DNA from: the human T2T-CHM13v2.0 reference genome, Homo sapiens | Direction: 5' to 3' (one strand) | Length of the DNA stretch: 64,000 bases | Assembly: GCF_009914755.1 (NCBI RefSeq) | Contig: NC_060925.1 | Shown: in pieces, positions 43,738-60,168 of the stretch | Numbering within the stretch: the stretch's first letter is position 1 | Layout: each line of letters opens with the position of its first letter | Translations under genes and position numbers: made by a program | The notes under the pieces: generated by a model | What the model was told of the DNA's origin: nothing | The model's database searches: none | What the model saw: the letters and a program-made list of their open reading frames with translations, nothing else

Positions 43738-45645
43738 CAGTTGATTATTTCTGGCAGAACTGAGTCCTTTCCTTCAAAGCAGTGAGTTCTCTTCTGGCCG
43801 AGAGTGTGTACAGAAATGTTATCTGGGAGTAAGGACCTGCCACAAAGATCTCATGACTCTGACTGGTGCCCTATCCTGCTATGGCTGAGGTGGTATGTAT
43901 GATGCAAGACAAAGTCCTCCCTACTTTTTCTTCTCCTCTCCTCAAGCTGAAGAAAGGGGTCTCTTTTGGAGCCATGACCTGTGCACCTGGGTTAAGGAAT
44001 GAGTGAGGCCAGCACTCCTTTGGCTGCCCCAGCTGGTTTCTCAGTATGTCTCATGCCCTCCCCAGTGCAATGTCTCTGGGTGTACTTAAGCCCCAGGGCT
44101 CACCTAAGAGTTGTAGTCCTTATGGCCAAGGCTACCTTTCAAGTTTACTTACAGACTGACAGCACCTTGGCCCTCAGTGGCAAGGTATATGGGCACTCAA
44201 GTTCTGACCTCTGGGATTGAAGATTTCCCTCTGGCTAGAGCTTGTTAAAATGCTCCCTATGTGGGCTGGCATCAGTCAAGTTTGGTTCAGTTTTTATTTC
44301 TACTCTAACAGGACAGTACTTAGTTTAATGCCTCACAGTTGCTGTGTTCTCCCTCCCCCAGTGCCCACAGGCACTCCACAGTGCACCACTGCCACTGAGG
44401 GTAAAAGATTGGTGGCATAGGAGATTAAAAACTGTTTTTTTTAATCACTTCAGTGACTCTTTAAGTCATTTGAAGTTAAAACCAGTTACCATGAGGGCTC
44501 AACTAATTTTTGGTTCTTATGAAGGTAGTTTTTCTGGGTAGATAGTTGTTAATTTTGTGTCCTTGTAGATGCTCCGCAGGAGGAGCAATCAAAGCTTTTT
44601 ATTCCGCTATCTTGCTCCTCTCCTAATCTCTTTTCTTATTTTTTAATCTTAAAACAAATTTGAATTGTGCCAAATTATTTAATAAAAATGTTTTGCTCTT
44701 ATTCTTTTAATATAGGGAATTCCCTTAACTGTTTCTGAATTTCAGGTAAAACTTTCATTTCTGAGATGATGATGATTATATTTATTTAATTATGTGTATA
44801 TATTCAATTTTCATCATATAGTATTTTCTTCCACCTGAGGAATTTCATTAAACATTTTTTTTGTACTGCAGGTTTGTTAGAAATAGATTCTCCCAGCCTT
44901 TGTATGTATGAAAGATAGACCTTTTTCCTCATACCGAAATATATTTTCACTTAGTATTGAATTGTAAGTTAACTTTTTCTCCCAGTATTCTACAGAAGTA
45001 AGTGAAATATATTTTCACTTAGTATGGAATTTTAGGTGAGCTTTTCCTCTCAGTAATATAAAGATGTTATTTGATTGTCTTTTAGCCTTATACATTTATG
45101 TTAGAAATTCTGCACTCACTTATATTTGTTCCTTTGCAGGAGATATGGCTTTTCTTCTATTTGTATTCAATTTTTAATTTTATTATTGGTTTTCATCAAG
45201 ATAATTATAATCTGTCTTGATGCAGTTTTCTTTGAATTTCTTTCCTGCTTAGAGTTCATTGTATTTATAGGTTTTTAGGTTATAACAGTTGGAAAATATT
45301 TCTATTTCTTTTTAAATATTTTGCCCCTCACTCTTTCTAAGACTATAATTTCACATATATTAGGCTAAATAGAAATTACTTGTTTTTTTAAACATTTATT
45401 ATTTCACTCTTTTTTTTTAATTTTCTTTTTTTTTTTAATTATTTTACTTTAAGTTTTAGGGTACATGTGCACATTGTGCAGGTTAGTTACATATGCATAC
45501 ATGTGCCATGCTGGTGCGCTGCACCCACTAACTCGTCATCTAGCATTAGGTATATCTCCCAATGCTATCCCTCCCCCCTCCCCCCACCCCACAACAGTGC
45601 TCAGAGTGTGATGTTCCCCTTCCTGTGTCCATGTGATCTCATTGT

Positions 45646-49470
<3,825 letters not shown>

Positions 49471-49533
49471 TATGATGTTAGCTGGTGATTTTGCTCGTTA
49501 GTTGATGCGGTTTCTTCCTAGTCTCAATGGTCT

Positions 49534-50542
49534 TTACATTTTGGCATGATTTTGCAGCAGCTGGTACTAGTTGTTCCTTTCCATGTTTAGCGCTTCCTTC
49601 AGGAGCTCTTTTAGGGCAGGCCTGGTGGTGACAAAATCTCTCAGCATTTGCTTGTTTGTAAAGTATTTATTTCTCCTTCATTTATGAAGCTTAGTTTGGC
49701 TGGATATGAAATTCTGGGTTGAAAATTCTTTTATTTAAGAATGTTGAATATTGGCCCCCACTCTCTTCTGGCTTGTAGGGTTTCTGCCAAGTGATCCACT
49801 GTTAGTCTGATGAGCTTCCCTTTGTGGGTAACTTGACATTTATCTCTGGCTGCCCTTAACACTTTTTCCTTCATTTGGTGAATCTGACAATTATGTGCCT
49901 TGGAGTTGCTCTTCTTGAGGAGTATCTTTGTGGCGTTCTCTGTATTTCCTGAATCTGAATGTTGGCCTGCCTTGCTAGATTGGGGAAGTTCTCCTGGATA
50001 ATATCCTGCAGAGTGTTTTCCAACTTGGTACCATTCTCCCCATCACTTTCAGGTACACCAATCAGACGTAGATTTGGTCTTTTCACATAGTCCCATATTT
50101 CTTGGAGGCTTTGCTCGTTTCTTTTTATTCTTTTTTCTCTAAACTTCCCTTCTCGCTTCATTTCATTCATTTCATCTTCCATCGCTGATACCCTTTCTTC
50201 CAGTTGATTGGATCAGCTCCTGAGGCTTCTGCATTCTTCACGTAGTTCTTGAGCCTTGGTTTTCAGCTCCATCAGCTCCTTTAAGCACTTCTCTGTATTG
50301 GTTATTCTAGTTACACATTCTTCTAAATTTTTTTCAAAGTTTTCAACTTCTTTGCCTTTGGTTTGAATGTCCTCCCGTAGCTCATAGTAATTTGATCGTC
50401 TGAAGCCTTCTTCTCTCAGCTCGTCAAAGTCATTCCCCGTCCAGCTTTGTTCCGTTGCTGGTGAGGAACTGCATTCCTTTGAAGGAGGAGAGGCACTCTG
50501 CTTTTTAGAGTTTCCAGTTTTTCTGTTCTGTTTTTTCCCCAT
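49534..50542 (-). pseudogene. L1 ORF1p, disrupted
   Basis: MGKKQNRKTGNSK... stops after RSLRS (50213); second fragment ends at 49871 after a small deletion; 3' boundary approximate. Confidence 0.92.
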
Positions 50543-51445
50543 CTTTGTGGTTTTATCTACTTTTGGTCTTTAATGATGGTGATGTACAGATGGGTTTTTG
50601 GTGTGGATGTCCTTTCTGTTAGTTTTCCTTCTAACAGACAGGACCCTCAGCTGCAGATCCATTGGAGTACCCTGCCGTGTGAGGTGTCTGTGTGCCCCTG
50701 CTGGGGGGTGCCTCCCAGTTAGGCTGCTCGGGGTTCAGGGGTCAGGGACGCATTTGAGGAGGCAGTCTGCCCGTTCTCAGATCTCCAGCTGCATGCTGGG
50801 AGAACCACTGCTCTCTTCAAAGCTGTCAGACAGGGACATTTAAGTCTGCAGAGGTTACTGCTGTCTTTTTGTTTGTCTGTGCCCTGCCCCCAGAGGTGGA
50901 GCCTACAGAGGCAGGCAGGCCTCCTTGAGCTGTGGTGGGCTCCACCCAGTTCCAGCTTCCCTGCTGCTTTGTTTACCTAAGCAAGCCTGGGCAATGGCGG
51001 GCGCCCCTCCCCCATCCTCGCTGCTGCCTTGCAGTTTCATCTCAGACTGCTGTGCTAGCAATCAGCGAGACTCCGTGAGCGTAGGAACCCCCGAGCCAGG
51101 TGCGGGATATAATCTCGTGGTGCACCGTTTTTTAAGCCCATCGGAAAAGCGCAGTATTCGGGTGTGAGTGACCCGATTTTCCAGGTGCCGTCCGTCACCA
51201 CTTTCTTTGACTAGGAAAGGGAACTCCCTGACCCCTTGCGCTTCCCAAGTGAGGCAATGCCTCGTCCTGCTTCGGCTCGCGCACGGTGTGCGCACCCACT
51301 GACCTGCGCCCACTGTCTGGCACTCCCTAGTGAGATGAACCCGGTACCTCAGATGGAAATGCAGAAATCACCCGTCTTCTGCGTCGCTCACGCTGGGAGC
51401 TGTAGACCGGAGCTGTTCCTATTCGGCCATCTTGGCTCCTCCTCC
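50543..51445. promoter_or_regulatory. L1 5'UTR: sense promoter (minus strand) and antisense promoter (plus strand); CpG-rich, YY1 site intact
   Basis: cggccatcttg (reverse YY1 CAAGATGGCCG) at ~51424-51434; the most CpG-dense non-Alu stretch of the window. Confidence 0.8.
50994..51167 (+). pseudogene. L1 ORF0 (antisense ORF), truncated to 57 aa by a GGA>TGA change
   Basis: MAGAPPPSSLLPCSFISDCCASNQRDSVSVGTPEPGAGYNLVVHRFLSPSEKRSIRV*; ATG at 50994 in the context GCAATGG. Confidence 0.85.
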
Positions 51446-53796
51446 TATTTCACTCTTTTTATCTTACTGTCTTGTGTTTTTCATAGTTTTGATTGCCCCT
51501 CTTCAGATTGACTAATGTTTTCTTCCAGATCATCCAATCTGCTGCCTGCAGTTATTTACTTACAGAAAATTTTCACTATGGATAATCTTAGTTTCATCTT
51601 TATTATTTCTCTTAGGTATGTTTGTAAAACTTCCATTTGTTTTTTTTTTTTTTTTATTATGGTCAACCTTAAAGTATTAAGCATAATGAGTATACTTAAC
51701 ACCCTTGTCTTCTAATTTCATTATCTTTTTTAAAATATTCTGACTGTATTGTGACTTGTTTTTTTTTCCTGTATTACTGGTCACATTTTCCACTTCTTTT
51801 CATACCTAATATTATTGTATCTTTGGCACTGTGAATTCTATGTTTTTAAGTGAAAGGTCTTGTTTTATTCCTTTTTAAATTATTGATCTTTGTTCATCAC
51901 ACAGTTGCCTCACAAAACACTTTGATCATTTTGTGAGAAGATTTATCAGACTGAGTCTAGAGTACCCTTGATTCTAGTGCTTCTTTAGCCCAAACAAAAT
52001 TTCATAAGGCTTTTAAGAAATCTACTTAATACTCTGTATATTCAGTGAGCTGTTTTCACTCTGACTCACAGCAACCCAAATGATTCCTAGTCCTGTGAGA
52101 ACTGAAAAAAAATTGCAGCTTACAACTATCCAGTAATATCTCCTTCTCTAGTAGCTTTTCTATGTTTAGCCTTATGGAATTGTATGTTACCCATTGTCAT
52201 ATTGATATTCAAAGACTCCAGCATCCCTTTGACTAACTCTATAGCTCTTTCTCTGTGGCATTTCCTTCTCTCTGTATGCTATCCCCAAATTTTAGACATG
52301 TTGACATCTCTAGAATCCAAGAACATTATCTCCAACATAGAAAGACCACTTGGTGCATGTGTATTTTTCCAACTTAAAATATGGTTTGGAAATTCTCTCC
52401 AGAAAGAAATTTGAGGGCATTTTTGGGCTCATTTTCTGATGTATATCAGTATTAAAATGTCTGTTTCACAGTGACTGAAAAGAGCTTTCATAAACTTTGC
52501 CATGTTTTCTAGTTGTTTTAGGCAGTAAAGTTCTGTAGCAATTAGTTCTTCATGTCTGGAAACAAAATTATCCTTTAAAAGTATGATTATCATTCCATTC
52601 ACTCTAGATCTTAACTTCTTTGCTGCTTGAATAACTGACCCTTAAAAAATCATTTTTGTCCTCCTGCATTTTAGTATTCATAATGTTGAACGTTAAGTTA
52701 TGCAAAGCAAAACTTATAAAGACCTATACTGCATAATAGAAAAAGAAGTTGCCTGTGAATTGAGAAAAACAAAAGTATTCATTTGCTGGCTCCATTAAGT
52801 ATAACTTCACATTTTATTGTACTTACACTGATATATAATACAATTTTACAATTCCAGTAACTCTTCTGGTGGGATCAACTCTAATTTATCCACAAGTACA
52901 ATCTCAAATGCCTACTACCTAAAGGACTCTATCCTAAAAATCTTTTGGGAATCAGTTTCATATGATGCATTTTGCACTGTTGCCCATCATGCCTGTCCAT
53001 AATGGCCCATGGTCATATGTTATGGGTTAATGCATCACTCTAAATGTGGACACAAGGTATACCTCTCTTTTCCCTAAACTAGTATGAAACACAAGCAACC
53101 ATTTTTGTTAATTATAACCAGCAGTGAACTGTGTTATGCCCAAATCTACCTTGAGACTGTTTCTCTAGTCAACCGTGACTGACCTCAGAAAAGCAAACAT
53201 ATTACTAATGTGATTTTTATGATTTACTATGAAATTTAAAGACTGATAAAATCTGTCCCACAGTTGGGCTACAATTCTGCAGGCTGAGTAGCCAAAGAAT
53301 ATTATGTGAATAGCCATCCAATCATGAGCAAGAGCCAAAGTATTATTTTTACTATTGAGCACTATTTCAATATGAGTCCCATATGTAATAAAATAAATGT
53401 TCAGGAAAACTACTTCCTCTGAAAATTTGGTTTAAGAAGAGTGCTTTTTCAAAAAGCATAATAATTTCCCTCTTATTACCTTTTCAATTTCAATCTAAAT
53501 ATTTTTATAAGAAGCTGTAAGTGTTAGAGTTATGTTATAAATTTCCTGTTCATGTATAAAACACTGTATCATCTAATTGCCTCTTTATTTGTATTTTTCA
53601 AATATATACTATATATACTTTACATAGATAGCATACTATATATGAAAATGTATAAATATGTATATATACACTAATTTATTTCATCTGTTTGTAAAAAGTC
53701 TGACATTTTAGTATCTATTATAATCACAATGAGTCAGATTATTTATACTTACATATGCTTAACCTCAAATATTTTATTGAAAAAATATATATGAAA

Positions 53797-54030
53797 GTAT
53801 GTATTTATGTATTTATGTATTTATTTATTAAGACAGAGTCTCACTCTGTCACCCAGGCTGGAGTGAAGTGGTGCTATCTCGGCTCACTGCAACCTCTGCC
53901 TCCTGGGTGCATGTGATTCTCCTGCCTCAGCCTCCCAAGTAGATAAATTTTGTATTTTTAGTAGAAATGGTTTCACCATGTTGGCTGGGCTGATCTCAAA
54001 CTACTGACCTCAAGTGATCCATCCACCTTG
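53797..54030 (-). mobile_element. AluSx-like, internally deleted and 5'-truncated, with (TATG/TATT)n tail
   Basis: 'cctcccaagtag|ataaatttttgta' lacks ~30 bp; element stops at 'ccaccttgg'. Confidence 0.85.
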
Positions 54031-55299
54031 GTATAATAATTATTATTAAACTTCTACTTGAATAATTAAAAAATTAAAATATGGGTCATATATTTACCTT
54101 GCCTGGTTATAGTTGCTATAAATTACATAAGATATATTGTTTTCTAACTTGGGAGCTAATAGTAAAAGGGATAGCAATTGTTATTTGTTGTATAAATGGT
54201 TTTGTCCTAAATAATATGGTTATGCCTCATTTCGTCAACTGCCTTGTATAAGGAAGGCACTAAAGTTCAAGGTTAAAGGACTAATTAAATTTTATTTAAA
54301 ATAGTCAATATATCAGATATGTCTAATATCCACAATCTGCCCAAGGAATATTTCCAGCATTAAAATTCATGCTTCTTTAAGAAAGAAAAGTTCAAAGATA
54401 ACTATGGATGAAATAACCTTCAGGTAGAAGGAAAAATAGAACATCATCCTTAACATAAAGAGCAGTATTATAGGGCTGACCTCAGTAATAGGGCTGAAAT
54501 ACTCTAGAACGTATTTTTCAAAACCACCTCAAATCTCAAATTCATTGTGAAGAACAAACGAAGCACATAAAATGAGAGGAACAGAAATAGTCAAGTCATG
54601 GGAGAAAATGTATCTTATACATTGACAAGTATATATCTTTTGTAAATACTTATGCCATAATCATGAGTTAAAAAGAAGTAATAATTTATTTAAAGTAAAT
54701 ACTTTTTGTTTATCAAAATAATTATGCTGAATTTTGTGTATTTGTATGTGTAAAGACACCTATTTCTTATAGACTAAGTTTGATTAATTATTATACATGG
54801 AAATTCATTAGAAATTACTTATAAATTCCTAAAGTTAGGAGAAAAATCATTGCCCATTATTCTTTAATATATTTTTGAACCTAATTACAATAAAAATAGA
54901 TGATATGATCTGTAATTAAATAAGTAATTAATTATAATAGTCATTATTTTAATATAGCAAAATGCATGTTATTAGTTATATATAAATCTCATTTAAATAA
55001 GAATATTTTATATAATTTTATATAGCTGTGTTTCAACACAACAGTGTCTTAAAATAAATGTTCAAACACAGAAAGAGAAGCAGAAGTAATTATAGTCATA
55101 AATATGTAGGTTCATATTTAATAGTACTTTGGGATTAGTGAACAAACTTGATGAATGAAAAGTTTCACGTGATGATTTAGTTTTTTTTGTTGCTTAATTA
55201 AAATTACAGAAAATACAGGCGGCACATAACAAACCTACTTATTGAGAGCTTTATTTATTATATGCATGTCATAGGACTGGTAGTATGCTATGCATTTTT

Positions 55300-55860
55300 T
55301 GTAACTTGTTGATTATATATAATTTTAAGTTTAAAGAAAGTTTGCAAAATATATACAATTATATCGTTGATCCAGATTCACCCACTTATATTTCACCCAC
55401 TACTTATATTTTGCCTTATTCACTTTCTTCTTCTGTCCTGTCCCTTCTCTTTCTTCCCTTCCATCTTGTCTTTTGATCGCTTCTCTCTATTTATTTCTGT
55501 GTTTATCAATTTATAGATACTGAAATTTGGAGATATCATGCTCTTTTATACTTAAATGCTTATCAATACAAAAATGGAATATTCTCTTACCTGATCACAC
55601 ACTAATTAAAAGAAGAAAATTTACTATTAATCTAATATTGTATTTTAATTCCTACTTCATAATTACAGTTTATCAACTGCTCAGTAATGTCCTTTACACT
55701 GTTTTCTTCCATATAATCGAATCCAAAGCCACACATTTAGTTATTACTTCCTTGTAGTCTCCTTTATTCTGAAATGATTACTTAGCCTTTGTCTTTCTTG
55801 ATTTTGATCTTTAGAAGAGTACAAAACAGATATATTGTAGAATATTTTCCCATTCCTAAA
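55300..55860 (-). mobile_element. L1MC4/5-type 3' fragment
   Basis: 'aattttaagtttaaagaaagtttgcaaaat', 'ccagattcaccc', 'ggaatattctcttac'. Confidence 0.55.
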
Positions 55861-56106
55861 CTTAGCTAAAGACATATTTTGCAGAAAAAGTAAAAAGTCT
55901 GTCTAAAAGGATACATTAATCATGCCACTTTGCAATCTATTTCACAACATATGTATGTTTATTAAATATAATTTTCCTCCAAAACATCTTTGAGTATGTT
56001 TCATATGTATTATGTAGCTTTTTGTATAATTCCCCATACAATTGCTACATTGTATATTTAAAATTTGGCCTCCTTCAGTGCCTGAATCCACTGTTCATCA
56101 CTATTA

Positions 56107-56408
56107 TTATTTTTTAAAGACAGGGTAGTGCTCTGTCACCTAGGCTAGAATGCAGTGGCATGATCATAGCTCACTGTAACCTCAAATTCCTGGACTCAAG
56201 CAATCCTCCTGTCTCAGCCTTCAGAATACCTAGGCCTACAGGTTCACACCACCATGCCCAGCTAATTTTTAATTTTTTTTTGGTAGAGGTGGAGTGGGGG
56301 GGTCTCACTGTATTGCTCAGACTAGTCTCAAACTCCTGACTTCAAATGATCCTTTCACAATGACCTAACAAGGTGCAGAGATTACAGGCATGAGCCACTA
56401 TGTCCAGT
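56107..56408 (-). mobile_element. AluJ
   Basis: 'atgatcatagctcactgtaacctcaaattcctggactcaagcaatcctcc' (J-type). Confidence 0.88.
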
Positions 56409-56819
56409 CCTCATCCTTTTTTTTTATTCGAAGATTTTAACAAATCTTGAAGAGAGTACTACAAAAGGATTGAACTCTAATCACAGATGTAGGCTCATAT
56501 AATTGATGCTAAATTCATACTGGTTAGATTAATCTTCTAAAACTCATTACTACTCCTCTGGTATTTCTGAGAGAGAAAAAAAAGACATAAAGCCAGGTAA
56601 GTTGTTCTCATTGAAGAACCATTAATAGTTCATCTACTTTAAGGCATATCTGTTCCATATAAAGGAAAAACTTGTTCATAATATTCATACTCTGGGGCCG
56701 GACATGAAAGAAAAGTGGATTTAGAAAGTTGATGCTGTTTGCCTCTCTGTTCAAATAAAAAGACATTTTTTTGAGATGTCTATTTAGAATGCTTAGTTTA
56801 GTTGAAACATGTAAGGAGG

Positions 56820-57530
56820 TTGTTCATTCAATTTTTTTTCAGACAAAATTATTATATATACGAAGTACTGTACCAGAATCTAGGTATCTAATAAGGAACA
56901 AAAATAGATATGATTCTTGACCTTATTACACCTGAATTCGAGTGATAAAAGAGAGTTATCAACAACTATTCACACAAATTATCATCTAGTTTCCAACCCT
57001 AAAAAGTACTGTGAAGAAACAATTACAGAGATGTCATAATTTTATAGGTGCAAGATGATTATGAGGAAATAATGTTTGCACTGAAATCAGAATGAGGAAA
57101 AGAAATTTGTTGTCTAAAGAGAATGAGAGGTACAGAACAGCGTATGTGATGGGGTAGAGGCAGGCAGGGGCACTCCAAGTTTCCTCAAAAGGCTGGTAGG
57201 AATGGTGGGTAGAGAGTAATGTCAAATGTGGTGAGAGGTGAAGCTTCAAGAGGATATACAGTCAGATGAACAGCTTTTTTAGACTTCATCTTTATTTTTT
57301 TAATTATAAAGTTTCAAAGGCTTTTAATTAAGGAGGTGTTATAATCGCATTTATATTTTTAAATTATTATTATGGCTGTAGTAAAAATAACAGACTGTAG
57401 AAAAGCAAACATGGCTGCAGGTAGATAAATTTTAAAATATTTTAGAAGTTCACCTAGGATAAGGATGATTTTGTTAAAACTGGAGCAGTGCATGGATTTG
57501 AGATATATTTATGAGCCACATAAAATATTT
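56820..57530 (-). mobile_element. L2 LINE fragment
   Basis: L2 3'-end-like 'ttcattca...gtactgtaccagaatctagg' and 'atggatttgagatatattt'. Confidence 0.55.
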
Positions 57531-57537
57531 TATGGTA

Positions 57538-57820
57538 GGCCAGGTGTGGTGGCTTATACTTGTAATCCCAGCACTTTGGGAGGCCGAGGATTGTGGATCA
57601 CAAGGTCAGTTCAAGACCAGCCTGGCCAAGATGGTGAAACCCCATCTCTACCAAAAATACAAAAATTAGCTGGGTGCAGTGGCAGGTGCCTATAATCCCA
57701 GCAACTCGGGAGGCTGAGGCAGGAGAATCACTTGAACAGGGGGCAGAGGTTGCAGTGAGCTGAGATCGCGCCACTGTACTCCAGCCTGGGCAACAGAATG
57801 AGACTCCGTTTCAAAAAAAT
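57538..57820 (+). mobile_element. AluS (Sg-like)
   Basis: Alu dimer with short A tail. Confidence 0.88.
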
Positions 57821-58529
57821 AAATGTTAATAGACTGAACAGACTGAACAGGACTCTATTATTCAAGCTTCTCCAGAATCCATTGAACAATATATTATTGA
57901 ATATCTACTATGTGCCAGAGCTGAATTGTAGTGGTGAGATGACTGCTTTGCTTTCAAAGACCTAACAGTCTAGAAACACTAGACACACAGAAGTGGCTAG
58001 CATATCTTTAAATGTGATTTAATCAGTTTTTTTCTTAGCTTCAGACAGTTCCAATTTAGCAATTAATTTTGTTACCATCTTGAAATATAGGTACTTATAA
58101 AGACTTATTGAAACAAACATATAGGTATCAAAGGTAATAGTCTAGTTGTTTGGTGCCTATTTCGGCAACGGTCTACTCTAGAATAGCTATTAATATTTCT
58201 CATTTAGCTAAGGTGATAAAATATCCTGAAGCCCTTGTGAGGCCAAATGCATGTAACACCCAGAGACTCTTCCAATGTTTGTAAAAATATCTTATCAGTC
58301 TCACTATGTACTCTTCCCAATAAGTAGATAAATAAGAATTTAGCAAGTAATCTAGACCCATTATCTTTTCTCCCTCTGTTTCATCAAGCTTCCTTTAGTA
58401 ACTTGGGCACCTAGCCAGAAGCCTGTAAGAAATCTATTACGGATTGTGTTTAGCCTCTTTACGACCCTGTAAATCAGGCCCTTTACGTGAGACACATCGC
58501 TATCATAACATTCCAAGTTGTTGCTGAGG

Positions 58530-58960
58530 GCAAGCAGAGTCTATCACTTTAGAAGTATTGATTACAAAAAACAGAAAGCAACACAGACTAACCTACAAAA
58601 GGAATTTATTGAAAGGATTTTGGATCTCACAGTGGCTAGACCTAATCATAGCAAGAACGATGTGCGTTCCACAGGATCACAGAGCAGGAAGCAGAAAATA
58701 CGGCGTGTCTATTGAGAAGCACAGCCTCATGAACACGACACTGCCACAAAGAGAGCAATAGCTCGATCACCATGCCACCACTAGATCTGCTCTTTAGGCA
58801 GAACTGACTGAAGCTGATAAACATTCACCACGTGAGACTGACTGCTGCTTGACAGGGTGGTTTGGGTAAAGTAACTAGAATGACAATCCCTAGGCATATT
58901 TGCCTGAATTCTGGGGCTTGGCTTTTGTCTGTACATTAATTCTAGAAACTCATGGAAAGA
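58530..58960. mobile_element. Old MaLR (MLT1N/M/O-like) LTR remnant
   Basis: 'gattacaaaaaacagaaagcaacacagactaacc...aaggaatttattgaaaggat...ctcacag' resembles old MLT1 LTR ends; distal extent uncertain. Confidence 0.45.
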
Positions 58961-59830
58961 TGTCTGGATACAGAGGAACAACACTCATTAAGATAATAAA
59001 GAATGACTCTTTGTGCCCTGGGGTTACAATGGAAGCTGTGTCAAACATGTCACAATCTAGTAGTACCAGCTCTGACACCAAACAGCCTGAGGTTCAAATC
59101 CAGCTCCATCACTACCTAGCTTCCTGTCTGGAGCAAATCACTTAACTGCTAGGGTTGTGTCATGAAGAAAAGATAGACAGTAGGCATTAAGTTTTTACCT
59201 CAGGGATAAAAAGTTCTAAGTGTTCAATGATTCTTTATTTGTTTTACCAGCATGACTGAAGTCATTGTCTACTTTATTATTTTATACAACATGAGAATTA
59301 TGACTTAGAAATTAACTTACAGGATAAAATTTTGAATTTAATTCCAGGAAAAAAAAAAAAGAACTATGTCAGTGGCAATAGATTTGAAAAGATAAAAGCT
59401 AAATGAGACCTTTTTAAAAAAAAAAAACTTCTTTATGATTATGGAAATTGTCAATTTCTTCATAGAGAAATGCCCACTATAGGACATTTATGTCAAAATA
59501 GAAAATTCTAGTTATCTAGAAATCAGAACATTTTCTCCCAGAAGATATTCTAGAGAAACATATTCCAGGAGGCAACTTGGGAAATTTATTAGAAACTTAG
59601 GAAATTTTCATTTATGAATCACTTATTTCTTATGTATGTGAGGGCAATGGAAGTGAGGGGTGCTATTTATTATATTGATTAAGAATGTGCAATCTAGAAT
59701 AAGACTGCCTGGTTCAAAGCTACATTCTAGCTTTCTAGCTGAGTCTAGCTGAGTTTTGGGCAAGGTCGTAACCTCTTCAAACTAATTTTCTATTCTATAA
59801 AATTGGAATAAAATAATATTAGTGTGTATC

Positions 59831-60168
59831 TGCTATGGTCTGAATGTTTGTGTAGCCCAGAATTTATGTGACAGACCTAATCGCGAATGGGATGATATTA
59901 GGCCGTGAGGTCTGTTGGGAAATGACTAGGTCATGAGGCTAGTGCCCTTATGAATGACATTTGTTTCTCTAAAAGCTTGCTTGTCCCTATCATGTGAGGA
60001 CGTAGAAGGTGCTATCTACAGGAAAGTGAACCTTCAGCAGGCACTAAATTAGCTTGTACCTTGATCTTGAACTTCTCAGCTAACAGAACTACTGGAAATA
60101 AATTTCTGTTGTTTAGAAGCTACCCAGTTTATAGTATTTTGTTATAGCAGCCCAAACAGACTAAGACG
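59831..60168 (+). mobile_element. MLT1A/MLT1A0 solo LTR inserted in a MIR
   Basis: Termini 'tgctatggtctgaatgtttg' and 'cagactaagacg'; perfect TSD gtatc at 59826-59830 and 60169-60173; MIR-like sequence on both sides. Confidence 0.9.

Larger units (their letters stand above)
40693..44627 (-). mobile_element. L1MA2/3-type LINE with both ends but large internal ORF2/3'UTR deletions
   Basis: 3' end 'ttgtgggtacatagt...tatatttatggggta'; ORF1 remnant (ORF 42756-43067, LRKLKEIQDNTEKEFR); 5' end 'ttattccgctatcttgctcc'; probable TSD ctcttttctt at 40683-40692 and 44628-44637. Confidence 0.8.

Noticed and set aside
45520-45560. L1HS (Ta/pre-Ta) assignment
   Set aside because: The diagnostic trinucleotide reads GAG, not ACA/ACG, and there are many disabling mutations.
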